From Marsupella aquatica (taxonomy: Eukaryota; Plantae; Marchantiophyta), in assembly GCA_973895155.1 (NCBI GenBank), contig OZ316891.1, positions 24,551,899 to 24,615,898 of the forward strand: a stretch of 64,000 bases of DNA, read 5' to 3'. Below, piece by piece: positions 36,801 to 48,709 of this stretch (the stretch's first letter is position 1; the number at the start of each line of letters is the position of its first letter). The notes under the pieces were generated by a model. That model had not been told where the DNA came from and did no database searches. It saw only the letters and a program-made list of their open reading frames with translations. The position numbers were made by a program, and so were the translations under genes.

Positions 36801-38516
36801 CCGATGCCGATTTCTTTTCTTTCTCCAGTAGTTTCAGCAGACTCTGCATGCCTGGTTGCTGCATCGGCAAGTCTTCCTTCCTGGGCCTAAACACCTGCTC
36901 GATCGTAGGACTAACAGGTGGTTGAGGCTTCTCAGCCAACGGCCTTGGCGTTGGAGCTTCCTCGGGTGCCCTTACCTGCAGGGGAAGTACCGGGGCAAAA
37001 GTCTGACCTCTGGCATACCGGCACAACAGCGGCATGTGATAGCCAAGCCGCGACACGCTCCCCATGCCGATTACCTGCTGCTCCTCCTTTAAGATCTTCT
37101 TCAATTGGTTGAGGAGGTACCCGTTGTAGTCCCGGCTTGGGTCTGGCCTTTCTGCCAGATAGACCTGTGCCTTGCCGATCTCTGCCCTCGGTAAGTTACA
37201 ATGCATGGTCACCCGCAAGAAGTCGATCATCTCTCCTATGTGCGGGTTGGTGCAGGTGTTCCGGAAGAAGCCATTCTTCGTTGATGGCCCGGGGAACGAC
37301 CGGAACTCCTTGTCAGGCAAGGTCTTCCTGGTATCAACTTTGGTCTTATTGCCCATCGGCAAGCCAAACACTTCGGCAATCACCTTGGGAGTAAGATAGA
37401 AATCCTTCCCATATATCCTCGTGCAATTGGTCTCGGGTTCCCATGACCCCACGAATTCTAATAGGTCTGACTCCGGTACCTCCGGCTTCAGCCATGGTAA
37501 TCTTACAAAGGCCTCCAAGCCGGATCCGGCCATGAAGCCTTGGTACTTCTTGGTCTGCATGGCCGTAAAGCATGCATCCTCCTCCCGTGCAAAATGTAGT
37601 TGCACCTCCACCGGTAGGGTTGCCGCCCAGCCCTTCCAGGTGTCATCCCTGGTTGGAATGGCCTTGATGGGATCGACCTCCTCCTCTTCGGCTTCTCCCT
37701 GCCTCCTGCTCGGCTGGCTTCTTTGGTGCCGCCGACCTCGTTCTTTTTGCCGGGGTGGCTTCATCGTTGACGGCCCCCTTCCTCTTCATCTCTGCTGCCG
37801 TGGAGGTTTCTCCTAGCACCGTTGCCCGGGTCCACCTTTCCGTGCTACCCTTTAATTCCCAGTGTATGTCGTTGCAGTTCTTGATGGCCTCTCGGATGCC
37901 GACGACGCTGTCTTTGCAAAACAGAAGATCGTCGAGTTGATTGGAAGTAGGCGTCCACAGGAACTCGTCCTTGATGAGTTCGCCTCCTAAGAAAGCCGTC
38001 TTCTGCAGCTCCCACAATCGAGCGAGCTCCTGCCGTTCTCGAGCTACCCTTTCTGACTCCTCGTCCTCGTAAGTCTTGATGTACTCAGTTGCCCGTTCGA
38101 ACAGGCATCCCCAAAAATGTGCCGCTTGATTGACGTTGCTCATACCCTCCTTAGGTCGATCGTCGGTATCTACTCTCTCCCCGAGTGCTTGCCTAAGCAG
38201 CTGACAGTAGTTGGCCTCCCGTAGTCGTCTGCCTAGTTCGTGCTCGCAAATGAGCCACCATCTCCTGCAAGCGCTCCTTACCCCTCTCCTCTGCCGGTCC
38301 TTCTTCCCGTTGATCCTTCCTAGCCGCCGACGCTTAACGCGCCCTAACCCTAATCGGGTTTTCACCCTCAGCCTTACCTCCGGCCTCTGCCCGGGTTCCA
38401 TGGTTGCCCCTAATTGTTTATATTTTCCTTGTTTTGTCACTATACTAAGGTGTTCCTAGGGTGCCTTCCTGCTTTACCCACTTAACCGGCCGAGTGATTC
38501 CTGTCTAGGCATCACA
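33883..38516 (-). repeat. 5' LTR (4,634 bp)
   Basis: Pair of 23031-27658; followed in element orientation by PBS and gag. Confidence 0.96.
34804..38401 (-). pseudogene. LTR-encoded ORF in the 5' LTR (same 8-bp frameshift plus a CAG>TAG stop at 34921)
   Basis: Track ORFs 37643-38440 and 34921-37764. Confidence 0.88.
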
Positions 38517-40402
38517 GGTACGCTTGGTTTGATCGACGAACCCTTCCCCGTGTCAACGTTGCAAGGCTGGTCCCCGCTAGGTGGGTGTTCCCGGCCTTGG
38601 AGAGACAGCCCCAACCCGAGGCACGAAGTCCAATGGACACGTAGGCTTCACCCACCCCACCCCCGCAAGTAGCTGTAGTTGTGACCGAGGAGGTACCGGA
38701 TCGGTCGGTTATCGCAACCGCCGATGCAATCCAACAGGCCGGGCTAAGTACAAAAGTCGGTACAACGGAGGTCTTACTCGAGCCGGGGCCCCCCAATGAC
38801 CCGGCGGTGGCTATTCTGGAGAATCGGACATCGCAGCAGCAGGACACTCCAGCCCCTTCCAACGCGTCACCAGGGCTGGATGTCACTGCCCTGGCCTCCG
38901 CGCGTGTTGACGTCTGCCCGTGCCCAACTCCGGACAGGCACAACCTGGACCACCCAAAACTCTTCATACCGGGCACATTTTTGAATGGGCTTCTGGGAGA
39001 TTTCTCTCATCAAATTGCCCAGGATACCGGGGAGTTCATGGCCCAAAAGGTAGCATGTTTCTTCAATCAGGAGTTGGTTGCCGCAATAAAAGCTGGTCGG
39101 GCCCAATCGGAGGCCCTTCAGAGGATAGAGCAATATCGGAAGGAGTCCGTATACTTAAAGAACGAGGTTGCGGCTCAGGAGGTGGAGCTTCTGCAACTAC
39201 GACCCAAGGTCGCAACCACCGACGAGTCGTTAGCAAAGGCGCACGCCCTTACCGCCCTAGCCGAGCAGGCCAAAGCAGGGAACGAGGCCGAGATTTCACG
39301 GCTCCGGTCCCAAATTGACAGTTTGAAGAAACAAACTGTCATCTGGCAGAAAGACTTGGAGGAGGCCGAAGAACGAGCCCAGCTGGACACTACGGAAATA
39401 GCCACGCTACAAGCCAAAGTAACGCGGCTTCAGACCGAAGCCGATAAGTAGGACCAGTTGGTAGGCAAGCTGACGAACGATGCCCAGCAGCTGGAGGAGG
39501 CATGCCAGGAGGCAGCGGAGGAGACGGACGCGGCGAAGCGAGAGAACAAATCTTTGCTAGACCAAGTCCAGCTCCTCAAGTCGAACAACAACAGGCTTTG
39601 CAGACAGCGGAAAGACCGCTCCCTCTCGGGCGGCTCTGGCAAGCGTGCCAGACATTAGCGGCGGAGTAGGAATAGAATAGGGTTAGGAGTAGCTAAAGTC
39701 AGGCTATTGGGACAGGCACCTACCTTAGTTACAGCAGCACTACCGTGCTGTCCAGCCTGCGTAGATTAGGATCTTCTAATAAGACACGGCCGTTTTTCGG
39801 CCTGACGGTCAGATTAGTTAGGACCTATTAAAGTCAGCGGATCTTCGGGCGGGAGGACACTCCGTTCCCCGGCCCTTAGTATTTAGTGCACCCCTCGGTA
39901 GAGGCAAGGGGGGGTTTTAGTCTCAGAGTTGGACATCCGTGGTATGTGCGGGGAGTCCCAACCTCTGGGAATGAAAGAGTACCAAGGGGAGGGGGTAGGA
40001 CTAAGCTCGTCGGGCGAGTGCGGAGCCGGGCTCCGTTGTAGTATACTCTCTCGGCCTTGAACCTATTCATTCCGGAGCTATCATGTCAACCAAGTGTACG
40101 CACATGTCCCCTATGTAGTAAAATCCTTTCCCATTATTTCCTTCGTGTAAATCAAGATTGTATGCTTGTGCGTGTGTATGTGTGTGTGTGAATCTCGTGT
40201 ATAGGTGACAACGCCGGGCCGAACGCACTACCCGAGTCGTGCACGGGGTGCAGCCTGTGGGTATGTGGTTGCGAGCACGGGTTGAGGACCTGTATCATAG
40301 AATCCGGATCAAAGGCGGACAACATGAAGGCTTAGAAGTCCTTAAGCCGGGGTCGATCCTGTTATCGACTAAGGTATGTTCCGGCGGTGGAACACAAACC
40401 AT

Positions 40403-43400
40403 AACTAGGAGATGTCCGTATCTAACAGTAGGCGCACTTAGCGCTAGTTTTCATGAATTAGGTGCATGACGCGCTTCCCTCCCTACCCGAACCCTCATTT
40501 TTACGAAGGAGATGCCTGTTTAAAGCTGAAGCCTGAGTTACGGCCAAGGTGGATGACGTGACAACCATTCTCAAGTCAACTAGTTCCAGTGAAATCTCGA
40601 GGTTCATCGCGGCTGGGGACTTCTGCCATGAACAAGTTGGCTGTTTGCCAAAGAAATACAATGGAAATATTGTATTCGAGTTGTCTCCTGTGGGAGCTCT
40701 TTCAAAGGGGTCACGTCTACGCGACATGGACCGGTCGAAGGATTGCTACATCTGGACCAGAATATTTCCTACATCAGCTAATGTTCATCCCAAGAAATAT
40801 TGGGAATTTGGTAAAGTAACGTACACTGGTTCCATTGAGTGTAGGAATAATACTTGCGACTATTTTTGACGGAAGAAAAGGAGGAACCAGAAGGCCTGGG
40901 GTGGAACCCCCAAACTTGGCGGGCAACATCGTGTTGGCTCCTTCATTGACGAAGGTGGAGTTGTTTGCCAATTTTGTGATCAAGTTCCGTTTTGTGTCCA
41001 ATCTTGTCCAGCAAGGTTATTTTACATGTACCCCCAGGTTCTAGTTGACTCAGAAACCTGTACTCACATGTCCCGCTTGGCAATTTATATGGGGATGCAC
41101 AACCATCCTTCAAGAAAGGTGTTTTCTCGGAGCGCAGAGAAGATTGTTGAGGAGGTTATCAAAAAGAAATTGGAAGGAAATCCAATTTTCACTCCTACTG
41201 GTGTAAAAAATGTGGCGACAGGGTCTTTTGTAAAGTCCTTGTGTGAAAGTGTGGAAGATATTCAAGATATTGAAGAAACCAAGATATTTGAGTCGCTCAT
41301 GGTAGTTTCCACACCCCAGAAGTTTGCGTCCCTCTTTCGTAGTGTTAGACAGGACCAGAAAGGTCGAGGTGAACTAGATTTTCTTGTTCGGTATCAAAGA
41401 AATATCAACATGCCTTTCCTCCAAAGGTACCTCCTACCAGGTCAAGGGTCTCAAGAAGACCGTCCTCACATATTCAAGATGACTTCGATCGGCCATGGAT
41501 CAGGCGTCGATCTTTTGAGACAAATGCAACCTGGTGGAAGTCTCGAAGGTTCTTGGGTAAGTTTTGATGTGATGAAACGACTCACAAAAGACTGGGTTAC
41601 TTTTAGTGCGCATATTTACGGTCACAACTATCACGCTCTGTGTACCTTATTTACTTGCAAACTAAAAGCAGAGGATACAGAGTCGTTTGAGAAGGCTTGG
41701 AGACTAATGATTGAGGTGTCCAAGGAGAATGGATTAGAAAATCCGAGTATTCATGGATTCATGGCGGACAATGCTCAAGCTGGTTGGCTGGCAGTCCGAA
41801 ATGTCTTTTTTGGAGGGCATCCAAACCCTGAGCGTGAGCGAACTGATGCATTCCATTTCTACCAAGCCTTCCATCGCCATTCAGTTGAAGGAGTGATTGA
41901 AGAGAGTCAAGGAGAGCATTGGAGGCTTTGGGATAAGATGTGAAATGCCCCCACGTTTGTAGAGGCTTACAGAATTTCAAGGGAGATTGATTTGTGGTGG
42001 CAGTCGGGTAACTGTGTCCCGGGGAAGCTTCGGATGCTCCAAAGTTGGATTTCATGGTGGGTCGTTAGGTGGAGGCAATGGGGAAATTTTATTCGTTTGG
42101 TAAGTTAGTTTACTTTGCTTTCCGCTCTTTAGGTATTACTATGCTATATTCTCATTACAAAATGTTTGAATCCATATTCAAATATTAAAATACCATAGCA
42201 TCCTTTAATACTAGCGCCTGGCGCTATCATTTATTCAAACTGTCATATGACATAATACAACGCAGTAAGTTGTCCCTTAATGGACAGTGCCAGTTTTTAC
42301 TTCTAGGTACAGACTGTACTTCACTAGCGCCCGACGCTAGTGTTTTCTTGTTGCATAACAGACAATTTATTCTATGTAATTGCAGAACAAGAGTGTCGAA
42401 GAAGGGGCTAAGATTCCTAATTGTACAGGATCAGAGTCCGTGCATGCAGGTATGAAAGCATGGGTAATGAAGAAAAAGGTTGGTCTCTTTGAGGCATGTG
42501 AAATGGACCAAAATTGAGCTATTTCTCAGGTTGCTGCGTACACTGCGTATCGGAAAGGGTTGCATAGAGGAAAAGGTCCAACAATTTGGGAACTCGCTTT
42601 CCGATCAGCGGACCAGGCAGGCTCCCCCAAGTTGTATGAAGATGCAATGAATATGCTACTGTCCAACGCTGCCGAGTTTGAGTTGGAGAGACGTGCACCT
42701 CTCAATGGAGACGTTGTCACCAAATCTTTGAAGAGGAAAGGACATGCTTCTGGGAATATCTCGCCACAAGACTCCCATAGGCATGATAAAATCCTTGTCA
42801 CCTCACCCAATACTAGATCGATGAAAAGGAAGAATCTTAATCGCACGACGTTTGATGCTATCCCTGGCCCCACGCCGCAAGTTAATCCTGTTGTTAATCT
42901 GTCTGGAAGTGACATTTTGGGCGGTGGAGAAGATGTCAATTTCAATACCCCTCCTGCTCGAGACCGAACGCGTTCAACGAGGCTTCCCCAGACTGCTCCC
43001 TCCGTGCTTCAGCAACCGTTACAAGAGTGTCCTGTCCGTGAGACCGAGGTTGCTCCAGCTGCATGGCAATTACGTCAAACTTCAAAATTAGGCGCTGGTC
43101 CTCAGTGCAACGGATCATTTCCCCGTAATTCCGAAAGAGACGAATGTCGCAATCGCATGAAAAAAGTTGGATTTCCCTCACCACATGGTGTTATCGGCGT
43201 TGTTGTCAAAGGACAACGCATTTTCAGGGGGGAACCCATAACCAAAATGATTTGGTTTTGCCCAACAATACATGTTACAGAAGCCGTCCTCGTTGAGGTG
43301 TATTGAACCTGCCCCCTTTCCCGGATGTTCTTCCCATTTTGAAAGGGACAAATGTTTTGGAAGACGAGCTGCAATATCTCTTGACAACGGAATCTCCCTA

Positions 43401-43910
43401 GTGCGCGGAAATGAACATACAACTACACCCCCGTCAGATTTTGATCTTTGAATCAATGTCAATATTTTTCCAGAACATGTGAACCTTCTCGAACCCAATG
43501 TTTGTCTCCGAAGCCGGAATGGGAGGAATACGGTTCCTCGATCAAATCTTACCCAGGGTAACATGAACAAAATTGTGTCTGCAAAAAAAGAGACGATGTC
43601 CATTCAGGGAGAGTGGGATGTTGCGATTGGGAATGCATGGGGAAAGCAGTTTAAGGTGCAAACGCACGAAAATATGCGGACGCCAAATTGTTACTTTGTT
43701 CAAATTTGCATTTTCCCCACTTGCTCGTGTGAGGATTTCTACCGGCGACATTCTCGGAAACATCCATATATGCCTTGCAAACATTTGTATTGGATTTTCC
43801 TTACCGTTTTCAAACTAGACATTGAGGAATCTACATTGACCAGCCAACCAATTCTCACTGTTGGAGAGGTTCGGCTCATATTAGAGAGGCAAAATGCTCA
43901 TGGTTTATAG
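40403..43910 (+). pseudogene. MULE-type transposase, main part (Cys/His DNA-binding region, DDE core, SWIM finger), with stops; intron about 42100-42385
   Basis: KVTYTGSIECRNNTC…MGMHNHP (GCM/WRKY-like); WVSFDVMKR (D1); FMADNAQAGWLAVRNVF (D2); DAFHF; after the intron PNCTGSESVHAGMK (E); PTCSCEDF…PCKHLYW (SWIM). Confidence 0.8.
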
Positions 43911-44002
43911 CATGAATCATGATGATGTAGGTTGTATTATCGGTCCAAACGGTTATATTGATTTTGTTGTATGTCAACGGAAAAGTATTATTTATGTCGC
44001 GT

Positions 44003-47000
44003 TGTGGTGCGTCCCATGGCTCCCTAAACCCAAGAAACCCCCCAGCTCAAGCCGATTCCCGCAGGTTTCACGCTTGGCGAGGCCGTTTCCGCGGCTTAGA
44101 GGCATGGGACGCTGCTAACCTCCTCTACATCTATTAACAATTTACACACATATACTGGACAGATCCTTCATCGGGTCATGAGATATGAAGCCGGCCTACT
44201 CTAGGCCTTCCCTTGTCTTCCTCTCCTTCTGGTTAGGTATGTTTGGATTCCGCCGCCGGAATGATCCCCAATAGGCTTGGTTAAGCCGCTAAGACCTCTC
44301 TCAGCTCGACACATCCAACACTCACTCCCTTGCTTACTTTCCTTCCTTCTGGTTGATGTGGGCACTCTTCACACAAGTTAATGCGACACACAAATAGCAA
44401 AATGACTCCTTCTGACTGAGTCATACCATACACTTGCCATACAAACAGTACATCTCATACACAAGCTCTGCGAACTAAGCCGTGAGGCCAACTCTATTCA
44501 GTTCTTAGGTATGAGGAAACATGAATATACACAAGGTCACAGTATGACTAACCGAGAGCTTCTCTTACTACTTGATCCCAGCCCGGCTGGTGCAAACTAA
44601 AAACTTGCTAAAGAAGAGGCCCTGAGCTCCCCGCTACCCAGGTACTTATCCTGGTAGTGGATCCGCCTAATTCTTTGCAGCGTAAGCCTAATCTATCTAA
44701 CAGTAATCTACCTGCCCGGATCTACCTATGTACAGCAAGGCAGGAGTACAAGTGCTGCTCTTACAGTGGAACCGCAATCCCACTAAGCTAAGTGTCAGGG
44801 CCGCTTCCTGGTCCTGATCCTAATCCTAACTTAGAGATCCGAGCCCGCCCTGCCCACTCACGCCTCCTCCCTCCGCGTCCGCCCTCCTTGAAAGGAGCGG
44901 CCCTCCACCACCGTCATGGCAGCGGTGTCTGTCCCTCAGTGGACGCCCCCAACGCTTCCTCCTCAACCACTGCCATTGGCCCGTCTACTGACAGATTACC
45001 TGCCCTTGACTGAGTCAACTCTCCATCGGCCTGACTGGGTCCACCTTCGGCTTCGGCCCCGACACCGGCCTCAGCCTCACCCCCGGCTTCGGCCTCATCC
45101 TCACCCACGGCTTCGGCCTCCCCTTCCCCTAGGGTAGTTGGATCCTCTGCCGTGATACTGTCTGGGGTCGTTGCCGGGTCTACCTCCTCGGTCACCTCGG
45201 CCAGTGGAGTCGTATTACTCCTTGACCCTGAAGGTTTCCGCTTCTTCTTCGTTTCTGGCTCGGCAGCTGGTCCCTTCCCCTTCCCACTCACTTCCGGCAC
45301 TGGTGCAGGTGGCGCGGCTTGTCCTTTGGCAATTACCACCCCTGGTAACTGGTTTGCCCCAACGGGAGATGGACCTGCTGCAGCTAAGCATTTAAATACT
45401 GCGGCTTGTTTCTTCAGCCGCTCTATTTGGTTGTCGGCCCGCCGCTGTAGGTTCTCCATCTTCCTCGTGATTTCCTCCAACTCCTCTTGGGTCTCATCCA
45501 GGTCCTTACGTGCCCCCTCCAGCTCGTTTTTGGCCTCCTCCTGCTCCCTGTGGGCTTCCTCCAATTCCTTCTTCAAGGTAGCCCTCTCCTCCTGGGTTGC
45601 TCTAAGCTCCTTGTCGAGCTCCGTCACAATCTCAGACTCCATTTTATTCATCTTGGCATAAGTCTAATCGAGCATATCGTCCTTCTCCCTTAGGTCGGCC
45701 TTGAAGCTGGCCGTCAGGGACGCAAGCTCTTGCTGTAGCGCGATAATCCCTTGATAGGATTTCCCTAACTCGGCCTCCTTCTGCTCCAGGGCTCCACGGA
45801 TTTTCTCGAGCTCGCCCTTCAACGCCCATTCCTTTCTTTGGGTCTCCGCCATGACCCGGTTGTTGACTGCTATATGGGCCTCCTCTGCATCTCTCAACTC
45901 CTTCTTCCATTTCTCCTTGTCCTTGATTGCGTCGGCCAATTCTCCCTGGGTCTGAGTCAGTTTATCCTTGATAATCTGACCATCAGCCTGCGCTATGTCC
46001 AACTGCCCCTGCATGATGTTCAGCTCATGCCGCTTAATCCGTAGTTCATCTTGGGCTTTCTTGGCCGCCCTTAGTTCTTCAATCTCGGCTTCCATGCTCC
46101 TAAGCCGCCGGATGACCTCATCCTTCTTGCTTCTCTCTAAAGCCACCGCTTCATCTAATTGGTGCTTCTCCAACTGCTCCCTATGAAAAAAGGGTCCTAC
46201 CTCCAACTCCTCCCCAAAGATGGCGAGCGCAAGTTCCCCACACATCTCACCATACTCCATTGCTCTATTCTTAGCGTAGGTGGAGTAGGTAGAAGTGATC
46301 GGCATCCCCCATCGCGGCCTCTGCTCCCAAGCCGTTTTTCAGATCTCTTCAATCATGGCTAGAGGTTTGCTTCCTTTTTCGGCTAGCCGCCTGATGTTCT
46401 CTGGCCATTCCCCTCCTGGTAAATCCTTCTCATTAGCCAGGGCTGCCTCCTCTTCCTCCCTGATTCGCTCCTAAAATTCTTGCACTGTCTGTTTTATGCC
46501 GTCAAAGCTTGGGGGAGCGACATCTGGTGGGGGAGACTCGGGGCTGCTCTGCTGGCTCGGGTCCCCTCGGACTACTCTTGGGAGCGTGAGGATGAAGCAA
46601 CCACAGGTCCTTACTCCTGGAACATGATGATCCGACCCATAGCCGGAGTTATCATTGCTGTTGTCCTCCACCGCCTCCTCCTCGGCTTGGACTACCAGCT
46701 TCTCCCGCTCGTCTCCTGGTTTTGGTGTGAACACCGCTTCACCTCCTGCCGGTCTTGGTTCCTCCTCCGGTCTCCGTGTTGATCTCCTGCTCTCCTTGCT
46801 GTGTCCGGGAGTTACGGCCTGCTTCTCCTCGGCTTCGGGACTAGAGGCTCCTACATACATTCGGACTCCCGGCTTGTGTTCTGGCCTCCGTCTCTCCTTG
46901 ACTCCAGTAAAGGGGTTCTCCTTTGTAAGCCGGTTTAGGCCTACCTCTAGAACAGTGTCGTGCATTGTTGCCGCTGTCCTTGTCCTTGCCGATGCCGATC

Positions 47001-48709
47001 TCTTTTCTTTCTCCAGCAATTTCAGCAGATTCTGCATGCCTGGTTGCTGCATCGGCAAGTCCTCCGTTCTTGGTCTAAACACCTGGTCGATTGTAGGACT
47101 GTCGGGCGGTTTGGGTTTCTCCGTTGCCTGCCTCTGTTCCGGAACTGGTGCCCTTGCCTGTAGGGGAAGTACCGGGGCAAAGGTCTGACCTCTGGCATAC
47201 CGGCACAATAGCGGCATGTGATAGCCAAGCCGCGACACGCTCCCCATGCCGATTACCTGCTGCTCCTCCTTCAAGATTTTCTTCAATTGGTTGAGGAGGT
47301 ACCCGTTGTAGTCCCGGCTTGGGTCTGGTCTCTCTGCCAGATAGACCTGTGCCTTGCCGATCTCTGCCCTCGGCAAGTTACAATGCATGGTTACCCGCAA
47401 GAAGTCGATCATCTCTCCAATGTGCGGGTTGGTACAGGTGTTCCAGAAGAAGCCATTCTTTGTTGATGGTCCGGGGAACGACCGGAACTCTTTGTCAGGC
47501 AAGGTCTTCTTGGTATCAACCTTGGTCTTATTGCCTATCGGCAAGCCAAACACTTTGGCAACTACCTTGGGAGTAAGATAGAAATCCTTCCCATATATCC
47601 TCGTGCAATTGGTCTCGGGTTCCCATGACCCCACAAATTCTAATAGATCTGAATCCGGCACCTCCGGCTTCAGCCATGGTAATCTTACAAAGGCTTCCAA
47701 GCCGGATCCGGCCATGAAGCCTTGGTATTTCTTGGTCTGCATGGCCGTAAAGCATGCATCCTCCTCCCTTGCAAAATGTAGTTGCACCTCCACTGGTAGA
47801 GTTGCCGCCCAGCCCTTCCAGGTGTCATCCCTGGTTGGAATGGCGTTGATGGGATCGCTTTCCTCCTCCTCGGCTTTGCTCTGCCTCCTGCTCTGCTGTT
47901 CGGCTGGTTTCTTTGGTGCCGCCGACCTCGTTCTTTTTGTCGGGGTGGCTTCATCGTTGACGGATCCCTTCCTCTTCATCTCAGTTGCCATGGAGGTTTC
48001 TCCTAGCACTGTTGCTTGGGTCCACCTTTCCGTGCTACCCTTCAATTCCCAGTGTATGTTGTTGCAGTTCTTGATGGCCTCTCGAATGCCGATGATTCTG
48101 TCTTCGCAAAACAGAAGATTGTCGAGCTGATTGGAAGTAGGCATCCACAAGAACTCGGCCTTGATGAGTTCGCCTCCTAAGAAAGCCGTTTTCTGCAGCT
48201 CCCACAATTGAGCGAGCTCCTGTCGTTCTCTAGCTGCCCTTTCTGATTCTTCGTCCTCGTAAGTCTTGATGTACTCAGTTGCCCGTTCGAACATGCATCC
48301 CCAGAAATGTGCCGCTTGATTGACGTTGCTCATACCCTCCTTAGGTCGATCGTTGGTATCTACTCTCTCCCCGAGTGCTTGCCTAAGCAGCTGACAGTAG
48401 TTGGCCTCCCGTAGTCGTCTGCCTAGTTCATGCTCGCAAATGAGCCACCGTCTCCTGCAAGCGCTCCTTACCCCTCTCCTCTTCCGGTCCTTCCTCCCGT
48501 TGATCCTTCCTAGCCGCCGACACTTAGCGCGCTCTAACCCTAATTGAGTTTTCACCCCCAGCGTCCTTTCCTCCGGCCTCGGCCCGGGTTCCATAGTCGC
48601 CCCTAATTGTTTATATTTTCCTTGTTTTGTCCCTATACTAAGGTGTTTCCAGGGTGCATTCCTGCTTTACCCACTTAACTGGCCGAGTGATTCCTGGCTA
48701 GGCATCACA
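44003..48709 (-). mobile_element. Family A solo LTR (4,707 bp) inserted in the MULE right arm
   Basis: TG..CA termini; TSD CGCGT / CGCAT (one transition). Confidence 0.92.
44914..48594 (-). pseudogene. LTR-encoded ORF, 1,227 codons in one frame with about three point stops
   Basis: Track ORFs 46471-48594, 45664-46305 and 44914-45651 share one frame. Confidence 0.88.

Larger units (their letters stand above)
23031..38516 (-). mobile_element. Near-intact family A Ty3/Gypsy LTR retrotransposon (15.5 kb; non-chromovirus, Athila/OTA-like)
   Basis: Two ~4.63-kb LTRs, TG..CA ends, perfect TSD GGTAC (23026-23030, 38517-38521), PBS, PPT, gag-PR-RT-RH-INT order, no chromodomain or extra RNase H seen. 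Confidence 0.97.
21600..39658 (+). pseudogene. Family B LTR-encoded ORF, copy 2 (21600-23030 and 38522-39658), ~850 codons from 21600, one frame with point stops
   Basis: 21600-22364 and 22413-23030 are in frame; it resumes WY|AWFDRRTLP after TSD GGTAC, then 38681-39451 and 39458-39658; contains GFEHLTSLPW…EFVKNY…LTEERLKMIFELPEG and a coiled coil. Confidence 0.8.
21065..40397 (+). mobile_element. Family B solo-LTR-like unit, copy 2 (~3.84 kb own sequence: 21065-23030 and 38522-40397)
   Basis: Begins TGTGACGCCGCCGG, ends CCGGCGGTGGAACACA(A); flanked by ACCAT at 21060-21064 and 40398-40402; no gag or pol inside. Confidence 0.8.

Noticed and set aside
23031-38516. Assembly duplication explaining the 4.6-kb direct repeats
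   Set aside because: The repeats differ by scattered substitutions, have TG..CA ends, PBS, PPT and a perfect 5-bp TSD, so they are real LTRs.
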